Shown one piece after another: positions 57,693 through 64,000 of a stretch of 64,000 nucleotides of DNA (the first letter of the stretch is position 1; each line of letters opens with the position of its first letter). The position numbers were made by a program, and so were the translations under genes. A model generated the notes under the pieces. That model ran no database searches and was not told the origin of the DNA. It saw only the letters and a program-made list of their open reading frames with translations. This DNA comes from the human T2T-CHM13v2.0 reference genome, Homo sapiens: NCBI RefSeq assembly GCF_009914755.1, contig NC_060938.1; one strand, written 5' to 3'.

Positions 57693-58030
57693 AGACTGGG
57701 CGTGGTGGCTCACATCTGTAATCCCAACACTTTGGGAGATCGAGTCATGAAGATCACTTGAGCCAGGAGTTTGAGACCAGCCTGGACAAGATGGTGAGTC
57801 TCTCCCATCTCTAAAAAAGATTTTAAAAATTAGCTTGGTTTGGTGGCCCATGCCTGTAGTCCCAGCTACAGGGGAGGCTAAGGCAGGAGGATCAGTTGGG
57901 CCCGGGAGGTTGAGGCTGCAGTGAGAGGTTGAGGCTGCAGTGAGCCATGTTCATGCCACTACACTCCAGCCTAGGTGACGGAGCAAGACCCTGTCTCAAA
58001 AACTAAATAAATAAGATAAAAAATAAAAGA
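57693..58030 (+). mobile_element. AluJ with a 19-bp internal tandem duplication
   Basis: gaggttgaggctgcagtga occurs twice. Confidence 0.9.
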
Positions 58031-58659
58031 GAAACGAAAAAAGGAACTCATAGTGTAGAGGGCAGATTAGTGCTAGTTCTTCTTCTGAGTCTCCACTCGC
58101 ACTTAGAGGAGCAGCTCTGTGTCTGCTTAGTCCGGCCTCCTCTATTTCCTGTTTCCACATCTTCCCAACCTCTCCATAGGATCACCTCAGCCTCAACAGG
58201 AACATCATCAGCTTCTTCCTCCTCACTAACTAATGGGAATGCCACCAGAACCTTCCTGATGTGTACCAGAAGAAGTTGGGGCCAGGCCAGGGAGGAAGGT
58301 TATTCTGGCATTTGAAAGAATGAAAACATTGTCCTGTGATACACAGATGTGCACTCAGTATCCACAGGGCTGGCTCAGATGTCAGCCGGGATATTTGACA
58401 AGCAACTTCTGCTCTTTGAAAACCCCTCTTCTACTTTTTAAAAGAATTCCTGTTCTTTTAAACTTCTTTCAGGCTAGAACAGATATGCTAAATCTCATGC
58501 AAAGACAAATACAGGGCCTGTCTTGGAACCATATGAAGATTGAGTTTTGATTTTATCTTCTGTTTATTTCTCTGGCAGAGCTGATGTTATGTTCATGGTC
58601 AGTAGACATGAATGTGGAACTACTCGGACCCGGCGCGTTTCGTTCCCCAGCATGCTTAC

Positions 58660-58926
58660 CTTGACTTCTCTTTCATTTCTATTCTCTAGTTCAACCAAAT
58701 TCATAGAAGCATTATCTACTGGAAAATGAAGTTAAAACAAGCTGGGTTCTCTCCAAAAAAAGCAAAACTTGAAATATTTCTTAAAGGGAGGGAAAATACA
58801 TCTGCCCCACTCATCACAATCTTCTTCCCATGCTGTCGGCCTTTCTTCCTCTCTCCCTCTCTCTGTCTCTGTCTCGTTACCTTTCAACCCTATACCCTCT
58901 TCAACACTGTGCCGTGCAGGTAAGCT
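58660..58926 (-). other. Candidate pair of small spliced exons (58926-58880 and 58718-58660) of an unidentified transcript
   Basis: tttcttgtttgctttcttcccag|47 nt|gtaacg and ttgttttaacttcattttccag|59 nt|gtaagc; frames are compatible; no expression evidence. Confidence 0.3.
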
Positions 58927-59823
58927 TCTGGGAAGAAAGCAAACAAGAAACGGAAGCATGACTGAGCTACCCCCTTTCTCACCTTATAGGTTTAGTAAAA
59001 CATCCGCCTTCATTGTTGGGATAAGAAGCTTTGGTAAGGAAATGAATATGCTTTGCTAAGTAAATGAACCAGATTTATGGGCACAAATGTATGCTTTTGT
59101 ACATTCCACACTGGCCAGGTTCACCAAAATAAAATGTTCTCCTGCCCCACCGCCCCCCAATTTCAAGGGAAAAAGAGCTTAAGTGGAAGCAAAGCATATA
59201 CAGACAGAGAGTTTGGCAGCTTAAAAAAAAAGTCTTTAAAATTTTTAGTTGAACCTTGGCTTTTGTCTCTAAGCCCTCAGGGGGAAAATGTGAGCTTGTT
59301 TCCTCATTGAAAAAATATCATGGCATTTGACAGGCTGAATTCTTTGATCGTCAAATGTTTCAGTGATTTCTCCAGTGCTCCCCCGATGCTCTGTCCCTCT
59401 TCACCCCCCACCTAACTGAGGCTTTGTAACCCGATGCTCTATAAAGAGCTTTTCCACAGGAGCATCAAGAGATGTCCTTGCTCAATATTAAACCTATCCC
59501 CCGACTGCCCTCCTTCGAAATACAGTCCCCTCCTGAGGCTTCCACCGCAGCCTTGGCTGGCAGGAGAAGCTGACCCAGCTGTTTTGAATTAGGGGCAATG
59601 GGAGGCTTCCTTGTAATATATGACTTAATCAGTGTCCCTGAAGTAAACAGTCCAAGCTGTGGCTGGAAATGACCCGACATTGGACTTCAACAACCTCCTT
59701 TGGCTCTGAAGCTGAGAATGAATTTGGATCTCCATAGGTGTGTTATAGGGGCTCATTAGCAGATAGATAGCTGTCCTTGGACCTCTGGAGGAGTGAAGTA
59801 TTCATGTGGTAGTTGTGTATTAT

Positions 59824-59922
59824 TAGGGTTACCAGATAAAACACAAGATGCCCAGTTAAATTTGAGTTTCATATAAATAAGAAATCTTTTAGTATAAATG
59901 TTCCAAATATGGAATGGCAACC
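59824..59922 (+). mobile_element. MER53-like hAT MITE, internally deleted
   Basis: tagggttaccagataaaacacaagatgcccagttaaatttga...tggcaacc. Confidence 0.75.
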
Positions 59923-62900
59923 ATATTGTAAATGATGCTTCAGAAGTGAAAGAGCCATTCTGTTCTTTGTGTTACCTCCTTCCCACGGAGGCAAGGGGTG
60001 TCAGCTCCTGTAAGGCTCCATCTGTAAGCCTTGAGTCATCTCTGTTTCTGTTGGTTCATGATTTCTCTTTAATACCAGTTTTCTGTCACTTTGACCAGGT
60101 GAGGAGTTAGTTAGCCTCATGAGTAAGCTGGGTGATGGCTGTCAGTGTGTACCATCCTATAAGCCAGAGGCTGAATGCTTAAAATGTTGTCATTATATAG
60201 ATCAGTTCCTTTATATCTTAGGGTTTTGTTAACCTACTAGTTATATTACCCATCATTAAATAAAAAACAGAAACATACAAAACATAAAACATTTGAGTTG
60301 TTATAATTTTCCCTAACTGTAATCATTAAGAGCATTGTGTCAAGTTTTTCAGCTTTATAACGAAGCTTCTTTATAAATCTTATTTCATTGTTATTGTTTA
60401 AGGCCTGCATGGAAAATGACTCATGAAAAATGAGGTGGAGATGGCAGAGCTGCTTTGGTGTAATATTGAGAAAGGAGTCAGAAGGCTCAAGGAGGTTGCA
60501 ATGCTCAGATGAATTTAGTATGTAAGACTAGAGAACCTGCAACCTGACTACATTCCTTGGGAGGCCTCTGGTATATTCCTTTCACTAAAGGACTAAAGAA
60601 TGCATTGGTGTAGGGTCCCAATATCTTCCAGCTCAGCGGTTCATGGGAGACGCTGCCACAGTACTGGAGAAGCCCTGGGAAGGCAGACAGTCCCAGGGCC
60701 TCACCATCCCTGCTTTCTCCCAAACCAAATCTGCTCCTACAACAAATTCCAATTCCTACCAAATGTACCACACTCCTGAAATGGTTGTGAGAGGTGAAGG
60801 CTCCTGATCGCCTTCATCCAAGGACATCTCCTCTGTCAGGGAGCACAGTCTTCCTAGCAGGTGTACACCCAAGAGGGGAACTTTTTTGATCACCTCGGCC
60901 AGAGCTATAGCTATTGGACAAAATGGGAGGAAAAAACAACAGTAGAAGCCTATTAGATTGGATGAAGGAAAGGAAGCCCCAAATCATCCCTCATGCTAGT
61001 TAGGAAAGACAGGGCATTTGAGGATTAAAGAGATTTCTCAAGAAACACAACAGGAAATGCAGAGAGGCCTTACAATCGGTGACCAGAAGGATACACTGGG
61101 ACAGTGAAAAACCAGATAAGATTTGCAAGAGCCAACAAGAAGACCAAGAATCATGGCACTGGACATAAAGGACAGTGAAGAGCTTAGCTAGGATGGACCA
61201 ACTCCACACAGGAGGATATAGTAAGAAACGACGAGAGGAAAATTGTTAGCATGGTGCATAAGGCAGTCTAGTCTGCTCACCTAGAAATTCATAAGGAAAG
61301 AGCAGATATATTCACATCATCAACACGGGAGGCAAAAGCAGAGTTAGCTAAAAATTAACATGATGATAAGAGAAAAGGGGGAAAGGAAAGGATTAAAAGA
61401 AAAAGGAAGAAAATGAAACAGGCAAAGATACAGAATTTAAAGTTTAATTTTTATTTATTCCTGTTCTCACATTTTATTATATTTCCCTGGCAGACAGCCC
61501 ACGTTCTGGTAAGTCTCGGGAAAGGGGAAGGGTTGGCAGAATAATGTCACTGTAGGGATTTGAATCTTATTACTTGGTGCCGCTAGTGTTGGGCAGACAT
61601 TTATAAAAATTACATGCTGTGGTGGCAGGTCATTTTTTAAAAAAATGAATCTGGAGCTGAAAATTTAGGACAAAGGTGGGGGTTTCAGATTAGTTTAAAA
61701 GAAATGAAAGAAAATGGGACAAAGTCGTTGAGAAGGTGGGGAACCCTCCAACAGCGATCGGCTCAGAGGGAGCTGGAGAGCCCACGGGTTACCGAGAATG
61801 AGAAGAACCCAGCTGCCAGATCCCTGATGAGCCAGAGACATTTGCTTCATGGAACTTGTCTTTGGAGGCTTGCTTCTCTAGGGATTTCCCATTAAATTAA
61901 CATTATGGGTTACAAGTATAGACAAAATCATTGGAATTGTGTTTGGATGGTGGATATATCTATTAGCCCTGCTTTTTCTTCTCTCTCATCTTCATCTCCC
62001 TTTTTCCTTCTTGGTTTGCTCTCATTTTCTGCTTGGGAAAATATTGACGTGTGCCCCCTTCATGTGCTTCCCTCCATGTGCCCCCTCCCCATTCTTTTCT
62101 CTCCTTTGCTCCTCTTTGTCGTGACAGCGATGGGGGCATATTAAAGTGATGCCTGCCCGAGAACCGCTGCTGCCTATATTCTTCCTGCACAGATTCTGTA
62201 GCTGGCACTCTGTTCCCCGGGGATAGGACCTTGGTCCCCACTTAGAGAATCTCCCTAGCCCATGCCTAGTGGCCTTCATAGCAGCTTCTAAGATTCTTTG
62301 GAAGGGTGACATCCTCCACCCAAGTCAGGCCCTCCAGACCCCCCAGTGTCACCCCTGTGTCCTCAGCCTCTGGAGCATCTTCCCTTCCTCTTCCTTCCTG
62401 CTGCAGCTTTGTCAGATCATTTTCTAAAACACTTGCCCAATGGGAGAAGGAAGGGTTTCAGGTGCATATTTCCCTAAGTGACTTTTTGCTAAAAGGCAGC
62501 CTGGGAGAATATTTATAATCCAAACGGTCCACAGAGATTGCCATCCCATGTGACCCTCATCACCTAAGGGTTCTCTCGGGTCTGAGATGGGGGGAAGTAG
62601 AAGGCAGCCTGCAGTGCCCCCTCCCACACACTGCCTGCTCTTGCCTGGTCTCCAAAGAGTGCTGACGCCTGCCTTCTGAAAAAACAGAGTCTGTAAAGTG
62701 ATATTTGCCCCTTTCTAATCACAGAAAAGTTGTCAGACTGGTTCTGAGCCTCCCAGAGGCATTGCTTTTTGCTGCACAATTTGATGTGTGTTATTGTGTT
62801 TTAATCATGAAATTAGTGCATCCAGGATCATTAAAAATGATTTTCATAAGGAAATCTTTCAAAATTATTCTTGGTTGCTCAGTGTCTTACTTTAGTTCTG

Positions 62901-64000
62901 TTATCCCTACTTGATAGTGTGTGTTTTTGTTATTTATTTGGTGTTGTGTAGATCAGAGAAGCATTTTTATTGGTAGTATCCTCATTTGCATCTCTTTATG
63001 TTTTTAAGACAATAAATGGCATTTTACTTCAAAACTCCCTCATATCCATGGACTTAGAAAGATACAGACTAGACTCATATTTCCTGTATTAAAATATTTG
63101 CACAAAAACACTGTACTTTCTGGCGTGTCAAACAAGCTAATGTGTCTCCTGAGAATTGTGTGTTCAGACATGAACAACTCCATGAACTTTTTTGTGTGTG
63201 AATCATTTGAGCTTTGAATGGGTTTCCTCATGGGGAGATATGATTGCATAAAATATTCGACTTCTACCTGAAATGTATCATGAGGTAGTCTTTCAACAAA
63301 GACTGTTAGTTCGACAATGGATAAGCAGTGTTTGAGAAAATAAACTCTGCATGGACAAAAAGCTTTCAGTTTCTTGCTTATATTCTGTCTTCTTGGGAGA
63401 CCAAAGAGCTCTCATGAACTCATGAAATTTGAACCTCAAAGATTCGTCTAATTGAGCTATTTCTGTTTCCACATTTTATTCCCAGTGGCCAGTTTCACAC
63501 CTATAACATTTAAGAGACTTGGAAAACCTGGGAGATATTTTCAGCCTGTCAGGACGCCTTTTTTTTTCCCCTCTTCCTTTGACTTTTAAAAAGGAGCTAT
63601 TCACTCTCACTCTAATTTTTGCACCAAGCAGCCCATCTCTTAGTTTTTTCAGATCCTCACAGGGGATTTAAATGATGAAATCCAATTCTCCATAAGCAAA
63701 GATATTTCTTAGGCTTTTAGAAGTGGAAGAGACTTGGAGGACATTCAGTCTTTCCCATTGAAACGGCTTCAACCCAGGAAAGGATCCAGGTAGAGGGAGA
63801 AGGAATCCCACAACACTGGGAGAGACTTCACACAGAAAGAAAAGATCATTTCCACCTTCAGACTCCAGACATCTTTCACCATCGACTCCTGACATCAAAG
63901 TGACAAGATGTGGGGGTGGGACCTAAAGGTTTGACTTTTGGTTTGGGTTTAAAATGAAGTGACAGTGTTTCCCTATAATCAAGTTCTTTAGCTTCTAGGT

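Noticed and set aside
59460-59573. Plus-strand acceptor followed by EHQEMSLLNIKPIPRLPSFEIQSPPEASTAALAGRRS*
   Set aside because: Short pyrimidine tract, no linked upstream coding exon, peptide not recognised
61000-61290. Purine-rich stretch vaguely like a CR1/L2 ORF2 relic
   Set aside because: Similarity too faint to call by eye
61494-61508. 15-nt microexon-like cag|acagcccacgttctg|gtaagt
   Set aside because: No host gene evident; such matches arise by chance
63652-63789. Plus-strand exon-like segment with a good acceptor
   Set aside because: Stops in all three frames and a weak donor

Overview
This is mammalian, almost certainly primate and probably human, non-coding genomic DNA (intergenic or deep intronic). 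I find no supportable protein-coding gene, tRNA, rRNA or CRISPR array. The ORF track is mostly Alu, LTR, L1 and simple-repeat read-through. A large share of the window is transposable elements: about 20 Alus (J, S and Y types, including an AluYd and two monomers), nested old L1s at 2.6-8.8 kb, many MaLR/ERVL solo LTRs, Tigger and hAT DNA transposons, and MIR/L2/L3 relics. One CpG-island-like element at about 28.98-29.85 kb is split by an Alu. The most notable observations are: (1) an MLT2A1 solo LTR in which a 13-bp triplication creates tandem perfect DUX4 motifs; (2) an AluSc with a twin-priming 5' inversion, inside a Tigger that keeps transposase coding remnants; (3) a perfect 58-bp palindrome with a template-switch signature; (4) an old inverted duplication of about 300 bp, 4.7 kb apart, that includes non-LTR flank; (5) two small minus-strand candidate exons that splice in frame, near 58.7-58.9 kb. 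Repeat subfamily names are from memory of consensus sequences, boundaries are approximate, and I could not identify the locus. I found no clearly novel multi-gene system.
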